From: the human T2T-CHM13v2.0 reference genome, Homo sapiens
Direction: 5' to 3' (one strand)
Length of the DNA: 64,000 bases
Assembly (NCBI RefSeq): GCF_009914755.1
Contig: NC_060943.1
Shown here: in pieces, positions 29,215-46,260 of the stretch
Layout of the letters: each line of letters begins with the position of its first letter
Numbering within the stretch: the stretch's first letter is position 1
Notes under the pieces: model-generated
The model's database searches: none
The model's input: the letters and a program-made list of their open reading frames with translations, nothing else
What the model was told of the DNA's origin: nothing
Made by a program: the position numbers and the translations under genes

Positions 29215-29590
29215 AGAAGGGCATTTGGCCTAGGCCTGGCCAATAAGAAGTGAGGGGTTGGCTCTGGGATAGGCGTGTGATCCAAGCTGAGCCTCTGCCC
29301 TGGGAATGCTGCTGGAATCCTTGAGGAGGTGGTGCTCGCACATCTCAAGAGGCAGCCGAGCGCCACCTGGCCACAAACAGGTAGACTCTGCCCAAGGTTG
29401 AGGCAATCACAGAAGAAAGCAAAGCCGAGTAGCAGAGTGTGAAGGTGCATGGCAGCCTCATGGGAGCCTGGAGCAGTCTCTAGCCCTCTGAGTTGTGGGA
29501 GCCAATTCAGTCCCTTCAGCTGTGGGAGCTGCTCAGGCCACCTGGAGATGAGTTTCAGTCACTCGCAACCAGGTGGCCCTCCCCTGACTA
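29215..29590 (+). mobile_element. Old MLT1 (K/L-like) LTR fragment
   Basis: TTGGCTCTGGGATAGGCGTGTGATCCAAGCTG..GAGCCAAT..TCAGTCACTCGCAACC..CCTGACTAA. Confidence 0.45.
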
Positions 29591-30159
29591 AGATCCCTGA
29601 GAAGGATCTGGTGAAAACCCGCTCTTAGGAAATTGTCTGTTCCTGAGATGTGTGCTGTAGCATTAGAAGTATGTGCTAGCATACTTCTGGAGTCCTGGCA
29701 ACTCACATGACCTGGATCAAGGTCTTTTTTTCTTGGCCTCAGTTCTCCTGTCATATTACGGGAGTGTTTGGACTGTGTATATCCTAGGAGTCAAGTCCTC
29801 AGTCCAGGACTCTATCCTTTATGAGCACACGCCAGGTGCTGGGCTCTCCCGTCCAACCCTCCAGGCCCCCAACACTGTGAGCTCTGAGGCTGAGCTTTCT
29901 TCACAAGGGCAAAATCCTCCCCATACTTCTGGCCCCACCTCCAGGGACCTGTCTTGGGAGAGATTTGGGGCCCAGCCTAGATGAACAGATCCAAGAGCTG
30001 GGGCCACTCCTTGGCAGTCCTCTGTCTGCTGGAGTCACCCTTGTGCTTTTTGTGGGAGCACGACTCTCATTCATCATTTCACCCTCCACTTCATGAAGCC
30101 AGCCCAGGGGCTCTCCCAGGGCCGCGTAGCCCCGTGCATGGAAACAGTCCTGGCAGGGA

Positions 30160-30270
30160 GGGGCTGGGTTTGAATTCTGGCTTCTGTACAGAGATGTGCA
30201 ATCGATTTCTTCAACTTTTCAAGCCTCGATTTCCTCATCTACTCAGTGAGAATAATGAACATTAGATGTG
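30160..30270 (+). mobile_element. MIR fragment
   Basis: CTGGGTTTGAATTCTGGC..AGCCTCGATTTCCTCATCT. Confidence 0.65.
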
Positions 30271-30320
30271 AGTGTCTTAGGTTGGGTTGGGTTGAACTTT
30301 CTCAGGGTTACATAACTTAC

Positions 30321-30785
30321 TGTAGCGGATGCTGTCAGACTCTGCCCATAGTTCCTTGGGTCTCTTTACCAGACCCCTGTCCTCGCACTCACCCCGAGCC
30401 AGAAGGGGTGTGTCTTAGTTGGAAGGTTGACCTTAAACTTCCGGAATCTACTTTGTGTGCCTTTAAGGAAGAGCCAGAAATACCTGGACATGTGCACCCC
30501 CTCAACCCCACCCCAGCCAACACTTACCCAATGCCAGACGGTGTCTGCATATACAGGGGTATAAACACACCAGGCCTCTTGCCCTGGGTGTGGGCAGCCC
30601 TGAGATCCAATGCAGTCTCCAAAGTCATCCACTGTGAGACTTGGCTTCATACCACATCCTTGCTGGGTCTCCCTTTCTTCCCAGCCCCACTTTCTACTTC
30701 CCTCCTGGATATTCCTGCGGACAGCTCCCACTAGGGAATCCTCACAAGCACTGTCTTCTCTGGAATGGGGAAACAGTCTTAGGTG
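30321..30785 (+). mobile_element. LTR16A-like solo LTR
   Basis: TGTAGCGGATGCTGT start; GTATAAACACACCAGGCCTCTTGCCCTGGGTGTGGGCAGCCCTGAG. Confidence 0.65.
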
Positions 30786-31101
30786 CTCCCATCTGATGTG
30801 TAATGGAGTGCCCTACCCATCACACCTGTTCAAGCAGTGGCTGCTGCCATGGCTGGTACAGTCCAGTGCTGGCATGCATACACACAGTGCACAAATCCCT
30901 GGGGGGGGTAGACACACACGCATGCCAACACACGCACACACACACACAGTGTTCATTCCTGGTGGAGACAAGATGGCGAGCACACCTGAGATGCAGTGTA
31001 GTGATCCTCCTCTAAGTCATGTCTGAGAGCCCCATGGAAACAACACGACCGTGAAGCTAATGCAAGAACCAAATCCCTCTCACTTTAAGAAACCTATCCT
31101 C

Positions 31102-31492
<391 letters not shown>

Positions 31493-32283
31493 TTAATCAG
31501 ACAGCACAGTCATCTGTCACATTTCTATTTCCCTTTATTTTCCAGAACCCTATTAGAAAGGTCAGGCAGGATAGAAACAGGGTTAAGGAGAGCCATGAGG
31601 AGGCCTGGAGGATATTCAGTGGAGACAAGGACCTCCCAAGGCTTGAAAGCATCAAGAGGCCACCAGGCAGGGGTCAGCAGGTGCTGGTTGCTTTGAGCAC
31701 CCCAAGCCCCAGCCTGGATATGTGTGTCAGGGGCTGGTGGGGAAGCTGCCGTGCAGGCGGGACTCCCATGGGAAGGCACCTGGGGGAGTCACTCTGCCTC
31801 TCAACCCCTGGTCAAATGAAGGCTGGAGTGCAGAGATCCACTGTGTCTAGGACACCTGCTTCAGAGGGACACTAACGCCAAAGGAAACAGTTGAGAGAGA
31901 GTGAAATGGGAGGGAGGATTTACAATGTGATTTAAGCGCCTGGATTCAGTCACACCTGAAACCCAGAACTTCTTGATTTCTAGGCCAGTTCGTTCTCTTT
32001 GTAGCTTCAGCCAGTTGAAGCAAGACCTTGTCACTTTCAACAGTGATTGTGGGTGAATGATATAGTGATTGGAGGCCCAGAGCTTTGTGTGGGCACGAGT
32101 GGAGCCCTAGGCCCCCGATCACCACACCTAGGGCTTATGCTTTTGTGCCTTAGCCCATACCTGGTACCTATAACTTGAGATACCTGAAGATATGCCACTT
32201 CCTCCAGACCCACAGATACCCTTCAATATGCTGCCCCAAATCTCACCCCCAACTGAGGAGTACATCCTGACAGTAAACATTCT

Positions 32284-32545
32284 TTTTCTTTTCTTTTTCT
32301 CTCTTTCCTTCTTTCTTTCTTTCTTTTTTTTTTTTTTTTTGAGACAGAGTCTTGCTCTTTTTGCCCAGGTTGGAGTGCAATGGCATGATCTCGGCTCAAT
32401 GCAACCTCCGCCTCCTGGGTTCAAGTGATTCTCCTGCCTCAGCCTCCTGAGTAGCTGGGATTACAGGCACGTGCCACCACATCTGGCTAATTTTTTATTT
32501 TTAGTAGAAACAAGGTTTCACCATGTTGGCCAGGCTGGTTTTGAA
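32284..32545 (-). mobile_element. 5'-truncated AluSq/Sp-like
   Basis: 18-bp perfect TSD CCTGACAGTAAACATTCT (32266-32283, 32546-32563). Confidence 0.93.
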
Positions 32546-32629
32546 CCTGACAGTAAACATTCTAACCCAAGCTCCTGAGTCCTGCCCTTAGCGCACATTT
32601 GCAATGGGAGCAGGAGGCGAATTAGATTA

Positions 32630-32960
32630 GACCAGGCTGAGCTGGGAGAGTAAATAACTCTAAAATGCCATGGCTTCAACCACATTCATTTCTCATCCCT
32701 GCAAAGTCCACTGTGAATCTAGGTGACTCTCTGGCCATCCTCCTCCATGTAGTGACTCAGTGATCCAGGCTGCCCTCATCTGGTGACCCCACCATCTCAA
32801 CGCCAGGCCTCCGCAGTTGCTGCAGCAGGAGAAACACTCGGGTGGGTCCCTCACAGCACTCTTCTAAGCTTCAGCTCAGGCCCTGCCCACATCGATTAGC
32901 CAAAAGTCATCCCGAGACCCTGCCCAACTGGGAAGGGGATTTAGAAGTGTGCCTTTCTTG
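32630..32960 (-). mobile_element. Old MLT1 (J-like) LTR fragment
   Basis: CTCCTCCATGTAGTGACTCAGTGATCCAGGCTGCCCTCATCTGGTGACCCCACCATCTCAAC. Confidence 0.55.
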
Positions 32961-33977
32961 AGAGAAACTAGCTGTGGGCAGCCAGGGTGATGTCCCCCCA
33001 CAGCAGGTACAGGAATGCAGTGTGATGCTGAAGGGCCAGCCTGGCTGTTGAGAGGGTCAGCAAGAATGGGAGACTGGAGAAGGGAGGGGCACACTCTTCA
33101 CTCCTGCTCAGAGCCCGTCACTGCACAGGCTAGGGACTGGTGCAGCCACGGCTGTGAGTTTGGGGTTTGCTGCTTGGATTTTAAAACTGCTCCAACCAGC
33201 TGCCATGTTTGTTAGAGATTGCCATTGCATGTATGAGAAACTCAAGCAGCTCAGCCTCATAGAGTTTGTTTGTTTGTTTTCTAGTGGGCCAGGAAATCTA
33301 GGGAGGCAGCTAGGGGCTGACATGGCGACTCTGAGATGCTACCCAGACCCCAGGCTTCTGGGCTGTCCAGCCCACCGTCTCTAGCTTGTGCTTTTGTTCT
33401 CAAGGCCACCTCATCATTACAGGTGTTCCCTGGCCACTCCACCTCAGACAAGAAGACAGAAGGACACAGAAGGACCTAGAAGGGAGGAATGCTACCTGGG
33501 TCGGGAAGTAAAACTTTCTCAGGTGTCCCCAGCAGGCCTCTGCCCATGTTCCGTTGGCCAGGGCACTGGGGGCCTGGGAAGCACCGTGTTTAGGTGAGCA
33601 CGTTTCTGCCTTGATGAATTTGCAATTCTATTATCAAGCAAGACAGGAGAATCGATATTAGGTGGGTGAATGAACAAACTATTAAATAACAGGCAGCTTC
33701 CTACAAAACATTGAGTTTCTATTGGCTCTTTTGAAGATTGAATTCTTAGCATACAAGGCCTGCATTTCTTAATGGCAAAGTCTCAGGGGATGAGTTTGGA
33801 CTTCTCCCCTTAGGAGGTTATGCCCCCAGCATTTTCTTGTCTGTTGGTGTCTACTTATATTACACTCAGTCCACCTTACCCAGGGCTGGCTTCACACAGT
33901 GTGACCTGTGTGATATCATAGTGTTCCACGCTTGGTTTGCCTCTGTGGCTCCTGGGGAACCAGAAAACACATGGACA

Positions 33978-34457
33978 TGTAAGCAGACAGGGAGGGTCCC
34001 CCGGGATTACAGGAATTTAATCAACAGAGCCATCAGCCTGGTGCACAGCTTCCTGCCCTGCAGCCTGCTTCTCTTAATCCCTGTGAGAAATGTGGTCACC
34101 TACTTGGTTAAAACCAGCTCCTGACAGAGCTGGGCAACGTATAAATGAACCCAAGAGCTTTCCTCATGACTACTCCAGGAGGAGCCACAGTTTCATCACC
34201 ATGACACGCGACCCATTTGCTGGCATGAACTCACTGCATCTGCACCAGGGGACACCCCCCCTCCATGCAATGGCGTGCCCTCTCCCCTCTCCATCATCCC
34301 ACAAGACCCTGCTGTCCCTTTCCCTCAGGGACACACTGCTTGGGGAATACGCCCATGTCCTCCTTACTTGTGCCAAGTAATAAAACTCCTGTTGATCAAC
34401 ACCTGCCTTCTCATGGAGAGTCATTTGTTACTTGCCAGGTAAACTCCCGTTTCATCA
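33978..34457 (+). mobile_element. LTR47-like solo LTR
   Basis: TG..CA termini; CAGGGAGGGTCCCCCGGGATTACAGGAATTTAATCAAC; AATAAA near 34379. Confidence 0.7.
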
Positions 34458-34539
34458 GGGAATAGACTCAGGACCTGAGAGACCTGGATTCAGAATCCCA
34501 GCTTAGAGTCATTGGACAAGTTACTTAGAATCCTCTATT

Positions 34540-34700
34540 GGCCGGGCATGGTGGCTCACACCTATAATCCCAGCTCTTTGGGAGGCTGAGGTGGGATTAC
34601 TCATCCCACCTCAGGAGGATTGCTTGAAGCCAGGAGTTTAAGATCAGCCTGGGCAACATAGTAAGACCCTGTCTCTACAAAATAAAAAATAATAATAAAA
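34540..34700 (+). mobile_element. FLAM / AluJ left monomer with a hairpin insertion
   Basis: Single Alu arm with A-rich tail; TSD AGAATCCTCTA (34527-34537, 35017-35027) encloses it and the next Alu. Confidence 0.85.
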
Positions 34701-35016
<316 letters not shown>

Positions 35017-38000
35017 AGAATCCTCTAATCTCAGTTTTCTCATCTGTTTAAAGAAATAAAACCACTTCTTCCTCAGGGGGCTATGGTGATCCTAGACAGA
35101 AAGGGCCCAGCCCAGCTATGTGTACCTGGAGTTTCCACGACAGTCCTGTCCATTATTAATGCAATTTCCATTTCTGTTGTAAAGACTGCTTCCACCACAC
35201 CTGCCTAATGACAAAGCCTCACCTTCAAAGCTGGGGCATAAGGATGTCTGTGGCTGCTAGATCTGGAGTAGGGGCTCTCAGCCCCCTACTCTCATTTGAA
35301 CAAGGCAGCAACCATGCTCACGGGATGCCAAGGAGAGAGACAAGTGAGGCTGGTGGCAGCTGGCCGAGAGGGTCCCCGTCCTACCTGGCCAGGCCAAGAA
35401 AGCTGTTGATGCATCCCAAGACCTAGCAAGACTTACTTTCTCAGTCACCTTGAAAGGAAGGACAAGCCTCCAAGTCGGCTCCTTGGGAGTGGAGAGAAGA
35501 AGTTTCCTCCACTCCACTGCTGAGAGTTACAAAAGGAGCCATTAGCACTTGCCAAGCAAGGCCACCTTCCATCTGAGGGAGAAAGTGCAAAAGACAGTTT
35601 AAAAGCCTCATTAACACAAGGCAACAAGTCACAGGTGAAAATTGAGCCTCTGAGGCCCTGCTGATTGCACGGGGGGGAAGGCATTTGCATCTCTTCTCAC
35701 CACAGAGGGGTGGCAGCCAATTACCTCCAGGATTAGAAAAAAGTTGCAAACCTGAGTCTATCTTCACTGACGGGCTTGAATTCCCTGCCATGTGCCCCTC
35801 GCTAAAGCCTCCGCTTTGTGTATGAGAAAAAAAGCCTCTAAGACCTGTGGGAAAACATAAAATCTGGAAGCAAGTTCACCCGTGGCTGACCAGAAGCAGA
35901 AATGTTGCTTCCTTTGTGCAAGCCCTTCCTGGCTGGGCCAGAACATCAGCTAATGCAGCCTGGCACGTGGTCTGGCAGGATAGGCCCTGCCAATTAGAAA
36001 TTCAAACACAATCAGTGTAATGCCTATGCTTTTGCTCCCTACAGGCCGTGCAGGAAACAGAAGCCCTGCGTGTCTGTGTCCCCTAAATAAATGACTCTGG
36101 TTCATTCACTGCCTCCTACCCACTCCCTTGCCAGCTGTTATGTGTGGGTTGTGGAGAAACCCCGCAGTGCCCTGCAGGGGCTTCTTCCTGCCCTTGGGGT
36201 CTATGGGAATGCTGGTTGCCTACATAGTGCACACTCAAATGTCTTCAGCGCCCAAGGCTGTCACTTTCTCAGCTCCCTGCCTACTCAGGTCTACGAAGTC
36301 AACTGCAAGGTTGTGGTCCATTCTTTCCACACCAACCCTGGCCACGGGACCTTAGCCCTTTCAGAACTCAGGGTGCTGAAATGTCTGAGAAGTTTCCCCA
36401 AGGAACGTCACCGAGCTGTCCCCTCCCCAACAACCTAGGGCAGCACAGGTCTCCATCCATTGCCCCTGAAGCCCCCAATGTCTCTTTCTCCCTCCCACCC
36501 TCAGGGAGGCTCACTGACCCCCGCTTAATTATGCCGTGTCCTCCGTTGAAGACCTCCTCAATGGGGAAGTGAGTACTGGCAGGGGAAGACCACAGTGGGG
36601 AATTTTAGGTGTGAAGTGTTCTATGAATACATCTTCATCTGGGCGGCGGCCACACAGACACAGGTGGGCATAAACATGAGGTACAATGGCTGGACACTCA
36701 GTATTCATGCACAGACATGTGTTACTGTGTGTGTGTGATACTTCAGTTTTAAAATTATGACACCCCACCCCAAAAAAATTAATTATCTTAGACCAAGCAT
36801 GGCAAACAGCCAACATACAGTCCCTCAGAGTGGCAATTTCCTAAGTTCAACCAAGTATTTTTGGCCGGGTCTGAACTATGTGTGCTTTTAACAAAAATTT
36901 GTTTCCAACCTTTAAAATGGAAGATTTTACATAAAAATTTTGAATTTCTGGCTCCCACTAAAAGCCTAAGGGGCACTTGATCTCCAGTTGTAGCCATTTG
37001 GATTTGCAAGCTCTTTTTCAGTCATTAAAATACAAAATACAAAGACCCCAACCAGCTGCTGGAAAGGTATTGGGGCTACTTTCCAGGACTGCACTGGACA
37101 GGGGTGGGATGGGGAGGAGCTGGGCATAGGGAATGCTGTTGTAAATGCAGTTATTTTTTTAACCTTTTTTTCTGCTATATCAAGCAAAAACATTAAAGTA
37201 AAAAATACATATAATGTGTATACATATATATACATGCATACGTACCTATCTATCTATACATACATATTTTCCCCTTTCTTTCACTTAAATCTTCACTCAC
37301 TAGTTCCTGTTTGATTATTTTTTTCTCCCTCTCATCCATTGCTATTAATTTCTGGCAGCAATTTATAAATGCCCCACTACTCTAAGAACCATTGAAATCA
37401 CAGTTGGAAACCTCGATAATTTCACCAAGGCAGAAGCAATTAAATGCAAACATTGGCAAAAATTTTTAACGCTGCAGAAAATCACGAAAATGCCAAGGTA
37501 AGCTCATTGCTGCTGCAGATTTAATTCCTACTCTCCTTAAAAGCCAGAAATCACCTCTCTCCCCAGCAGGACCTGAACAAGCCTTAAACTAGGGCCATGT
37601 GAGGCCACATGAGGATGATTCTTCCCCCTCCCAAACCCAGCGTGGCAGAGAAGCAGGCAGCCCCGAGGGCATGAGAGATGGAAGCGTCCCCCTGATTTTT
37701 CTCATCCCATTCAAGTTCAGGACTGAAATGGACAGAACAATAGTTAACCCCACAGCCTGCAGCCTCTACCACTGATAACCAGGAAAACACAGCTACCTTA
37801 TACACTTCTGCTCTGCGCTTTTCAAGGTCATTTTCTCACTAGGGCACTCACTGAAAGTCTAGAAGTTAGAAAAATGGGAAGGTTGAGGGACCCCTTTTTC
37901 ATACACATAGAAAGACAGAGCTCAAGTTTAATCAGCAATTTGCCATTCAAAGTAGGATAAGAGCCAGGGTCTCCAGGCTTCTAATCTAACCCCACTGCTT

Positions 38001-38189
38001 CTTTCTTCTAGACCTACGACTCGTTCCAGCACCGTGGGGGCTGACACCCATCTCACTGCTGGATAAAAGAGAATGAGATCCTCTCTCCATCCTACGTTGG
38101 ATTTGCTTGCTCACACAAACTGACCCTTAGGGACAGAATTGTTCAACTACAATTAGATTTAGTTAACTAATCCTGGAAGCGAAGCTTAG

Positions 38190-38635
38190 CATATCAGACA
38201 GGGTTCTGGCAGGAGACTCACTGCCCTCAGAAAGTTCACCCTCACAGGCTGCAACGCAGTGACTGTCTACAGCGATGGGGATGTGGCAGGGGCTAAGGAA
38301 GCCAACAAGAGATTGTCACCTTCTTAGAGGAGAAAGCCAAGATGGGGAGATATTAACCCCTATGCGTGAAAACATGAGGGGAGGAAGGAATGTTTAGCCC
38401 AGTGAGACTCAGAGGCACGAGTCAGCACCTATTACAGACGTGGTGCAGAAACATGGAGGACATGGAGAAGAAATATCCTGACCTTGTTCCACTTTCACCC
38501 TCCAATTCCCTGACAGTGGTTCCCATTGACTGAGCCCAGCTCGCAGTCACAGGCAGGGAGCAGGGGTCAATCTCCTGGTGCACAGGCAGGCTGAGGAGGG
38601 AATGAATGTAGGAAAGGGCTGGGGAGAGAAAATAA
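38190..38635 (-). mobile_element. LTR40/41-like ERVL solo LTR
   Basis: CAGGGTTCTGGCAGGAGA..TAAGGAAGCCAACAAG..CCCATTGACTGAGCCCAGC. Confidence 0.5.
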
Positions 38636-38639
38636 GTAG

Positions 38640-38790
38640 CATGCCTTACTTAAGAGCCTCAGGATCTTTATCTGTAAAATTGGATGATAACATCTACTTA
38701 ATAGTGCAGTTCCGAGAATAAAAACTAAGATATCTAAGGCATGCAGCACTAAAAAGTATTGAAAATTGTAAACTTACTCTCCTCATCATC
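38640..38790 (+). mobile_element. MIR fragment
   Basis: GAGCCTCAGGATCTTTATCTGTAAAATTGGATGATAA. Confidence 0.65.
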
Positions 38791-38983
38791 ATGAGCTATG
38801 CTTCCCTTAAACAATGCTGTTCTGTTCCCAATATGAGGTATCCCGCAGATTAGAATGGCTGCATAATTGCTTATCCTCCAGGCCTCATTCCCCACAAAAG
38901 GACGGCATACTTTCTGGAGTATAGCATTCCTGAAAAGGGCCCCTCTAGACCATGTTTGATTAGTTTCAGTGATGGTGGACTAA

Positions 38984-39496
<513 letters not shown>

Positions 39497-39579
39497 TAAG
39501 TTAGATCTATTCTTCACAAAAGAGAGGAAAGATTGGGGTTGGGGGTGGGAACCCAGCTCTTTATGCCAATTAATTAACG

Positions 39580-40260
<681 letters not shown>

Positions 40261-40329
40261 ACGTATGTATATACTTGGTATATTAGACACAGCAAAAGAC
40301 AGCATTGTTAAATTAAGGCAAAAATACAA

Positions 40330-40935
40330 AAATAATAATCGAAACAGAGGCACAGAGAAAAATAATTGAAGGGAAATAAAAGCCAAATAAAGCATCTGTA
40401 ACTAGCCACAAATAGCAAATGATATAAAATACTTGCAAGTAGAATTCCAGAAGGAAATAAAAGATAGAATGGGGAAGAAAGGGTGTTTGAAGAACTAATG
40501 GCTAAATTTTTGCAAATCTAGCCACTTACCTCAACCAAGAGATGCAAGCAGCTCAGCAAAACCCAAGAAAAGTAAAAGGGAAGAGAATCACACCTAGGCT
40601 CATCATTTTTAAACTCCTTACAACCAAATATATTCACACAAAAGTAGTCACATTAGATATATGGGGAAAATGATAAAAATGGTGGCTCACTTATCAGAAA
40701 TAATGGAAGTCAGAAGATGTCTTTAAATTCTGAAGGAAAAAATAAACTCTTTCAACCAAAAATTCTATGCTCAGCAAAAATGTCCTTCAAAAATAAACAA
40801 AATATGTAATTACAGTTGCATAACAGCTGAGAAAATCCCTTGCCAATAAACCTGAACTGTAAGAAATGTAAAGGAAATTCTTCAGGCTGAAGGGAAATGA
40901 TACCCGATGGAAACTGTTCTACAGGAAGGAATGAC
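40330..40935 (+). mobile_element. Old L1 (L1M) ORF1 fragment
   Basis: AATCACACCTAGGC..TCAACCAAAAATTCTATGCTCAGCAAAA..AAGGAAATTCTTCAGGCTGAAGGGAAATGATACC. Confidence 0.75.
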
Positions 40936-42184
40936 TGTGCCAGAGAAGGTGAGGAAGTGCACCTTGCTGTGAGGAGAAATCTGTGCTGTGCTCTGTGTGT
41001 GCATCATGGCTTAGCAGGACAGGGCAGCCACAGGCCTCCCTGCAGTGGACTTGGGACTTCTTCAAGGCCTGAGGACTGGCTCTCAGCTGGGTGCTGGGAT
41101 CTTCCTGGAGAAGCTCTTCAAGGTGTAATGGCCTCCCCCAAAAGCAGAGTCCAGGTTCTGACAACTCTGGGTTTCTTTGGGAGATGAAGGCATGCGCAGA
41201 AAATGTTGTCACCATTACCTAGTTTTGAAGAACTTTATGCTCTTTTTTTCAAAAAAAAAAAAAAAACAGCTATAAAGAATAATAATACATAATTTGCTTT
41301 CAACTTACCAAATTAATTTAAAGTGACGTGATGGCCTAGCACCATCCTCAAGAGATACCAACCTTTACACAGAGCCATCATAAATAGCAAATATAGAGGC
41401 TGTTAGTAAAAAAAACTCAATGAGGCCAACTCTATGGCTCACCGTGAAATAAATTTCACAGAAATAGAACTTTAAAAATAGAAAACTAAACAAGCAAAAC
41501 TGGATGAACTGATTGCTGATATTCAAGAAGCCAAAGTCATTGGACCCTAAATCATAATCCATCAAACATCGATGGTTTTTCCAAATAGATCATGTCACAG
41601 AGTCTTTCCCACATGGTCCTTCACCAGAGGATACCATTTGTCTTCAAGAAAATACTTTTACACCTCTCTACTCATATTCTCACTTTTGCTCCCAGACTTT
41701 GTCCCCCAAACTCTTCCTATAATTCTACATTTATTTTGCTGGAGAATTTCATGGCCAAGGTCTCTATGATTTTCTGCACTTCCAGAAAGCATTCATGGAC
41801 ACCCCCCACCCCCACTTGACAAAGGCATTTTTCTGGCCTGCCACATCTTTCATTGATAACAAGGACAACATCCTCCAAGAATTTATCACCATTTTCTTTT
41901 CCCATGTGCTAGACTTTGCCCCTCTCCCCTGCCATCATAAGAATAATACTGCATTATCTTCAGGGTTGAATTTCAGTGTTCAAATGACCTACTAGTGAAC
42001 ATCTAGAAAAGTAGAAAAAACAATTGACTTAAAAAAATATTTTGAATTATCTCTCATTTTAATTCAAGAAACTACTATTACTTAAGTGATTATACTTTTG
42101 CCCAGAGGAAGCTTTATAGAATTATTATTCTTAGCATAAAGGTTTGTAAGTAAAATTATTTAGAATATTTTTTGAGAGCATGCT

Positions 42185-44510
<2,326 letters not shown>

Positions 44511-44513
44511 CTA

Positions 44514-45135
44514 AAGACCACAATGAAATACCATACCACTACAATTCCACTAGAATGACCAAAATGAAATCAATGTTAGAGAGTCTGTGGAATAATTACA
44601 TACTCCTATACCGCTGTTGAGTGTTTAGTACAATACTTAGAAAACTGTTCAGTAATTTCTTAAGATGCTAAGCATACATCTACCCTATGACCCAGCAAAT
44701 ATACTTCCATGTATTTATCCAAGAGAAATGAAAATATGTGCTCACACAAAGCCTTTTATAAGAATGTTCACAGCAGCTTGATTCACAATAATCCAATGTT
44801 TGAAAACTTTCCAAAGTCCACCAACAAGTGCATAAACTGTGATAAATTCACACAATGGAAATCACTTCAGCCATGACAAGGAATGAACTACTTATCATAC
44901 AACATGAATTCTCAAAGTGCACTCAGCGAATGAAGCCAGACACAAAAAAGTGTATGCAATGTGATTCCATTTATATGAAGTTACAGTGTACGCCAAATGG
45001 TGGAGGGATAGATTGGGAAGGTGTGGAAGGACATATTCTGGGATATATGTAAATGTCCTGTCTTGCTATGCATGTGCCAAAATTGAGTAGACGGTACACT
45101 TGACTTGTGTGTAAATTAGGCCTCAATTTCAAAGG
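44514..45135 (+). mobile_element. L1ME-type 3' fragment
   Basis: TACCCTATGACCCAGCAA..CCAAGAGAAATGAAAATATGT..GATTCCATTTATATGAAG. Confidence 0.8.
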
Positions 45136-45377
45136 GCATGTTCTCTGGTAATTACCTCTTTCCACTAGAGTCCAGGGCACAAGGAATATGAAAGCAGGGT
45201 TTTGATGCAAACAGACAGGCTTTAGGGCAATAATCTTAAGAATACTGAGCTCACAACACAGCTCAACACTCAGAGCAAAGGGAGGGTAGCCTGTGTCCTG
45301 CCTGTGTAGCCACCTCTTCTCCTGCTATACCTGACTCTTCCCAGACCCCACCAGAGCTGTAGCAAAGACCAGGGAGT

Positions 45378-45677
45378 GGCCAGGCATGGTGGGTCACGCC
45401 TATAATCCCAGCAGGAGTAAAGCTTGAGTCTAGGAGTTTAAGACCAGCCTAGACAACACAGCAAGACCCCATCTCTAAAAATCATTTTTTTAATTAGCTG
45501 GGTGTGGTGGCGTGCACCTATAGTCCCAGCTACTTGGGAGGCTGAGGCAGGAGGATTGCTTGAGCCTAGGATTTTGGAGGCTGCAGTGAGCTATGATGGC
45601 ACCACTGTACTGTACTCCAGCCTGGGTGACAGAGTGAGACTCTGTCTCAAAAAAGAAATAAATTAAAAAAAAAAAGA
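45378..45677 (+). mobile_element. AluJ with left-arm deletion
   Basis: GGAGGATTGCTTGAGCC..GGCTGCAGTGAGCTATGAT. Confidence 0.88.
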
Positions 45678-45986
45678 ACTGTTGAAGGCAAAGTTTTTCC
45701 ACAATATTTTGCCATTGTAGACAGTGAAGCATGCTTCTCCAGTCTTACTCTGAGGCTCTGAGTTCATCAGAATGATTGAAAGTTCTGCTTTCAAAATCAA
45801 TGGGAAAAGTGTCATCTTTGATGACATAAGACAATGATGTAGAGGGAATATGGAATTATCCATCTTCTCACTGCTGGGGGAAGCCGCATGCACCACAGAA
45901 GTGGCATGAGGCTTTCATGATAGCTGCTCACCTCCTAAAGCTCATCCAAGTGACATGCTGCTTGACAGCCTGTTGCATATTCAAGC

Positions 45987-46260
45987 CAGAGGTTGCAACC
46001 AATGGGGGTTTGCTGATATGAATGGCTTGGCTTGCTGAGTTGCCAACACTGAAAAATTAGAGTTTTATGTGAAAGTCTGGGTTTCCATCTTCTCTAGAAA
46101 AATCAGAGCAAATCAGATAAATGTGGAATCATTATGAATATGAATAACACTGCTCCAGAATCCCATGATGGTGAGACCCACCAGCATTCTGTGGGGGCTG
46201 GTCTCCTGGACAGGGCTGTGCCACCTCCACTTGCCCGCGGTGATCACTTGGCCCATTTCC
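45987..46260. mobile_element. MER102-like hAT-Charlie remnant
   Basis: CAGAGGTTGCAA..TTGCCAACACTGAAAAATT..CTTCTCTAGAAAAATCAG. Confidence 0.5.

Noticed and set aside
37059-37086. CTGGAAAG..CTTTCCAG hairpin as a pre-miRNA
   Set aside because: The stem is only about 10 bp, far too short.
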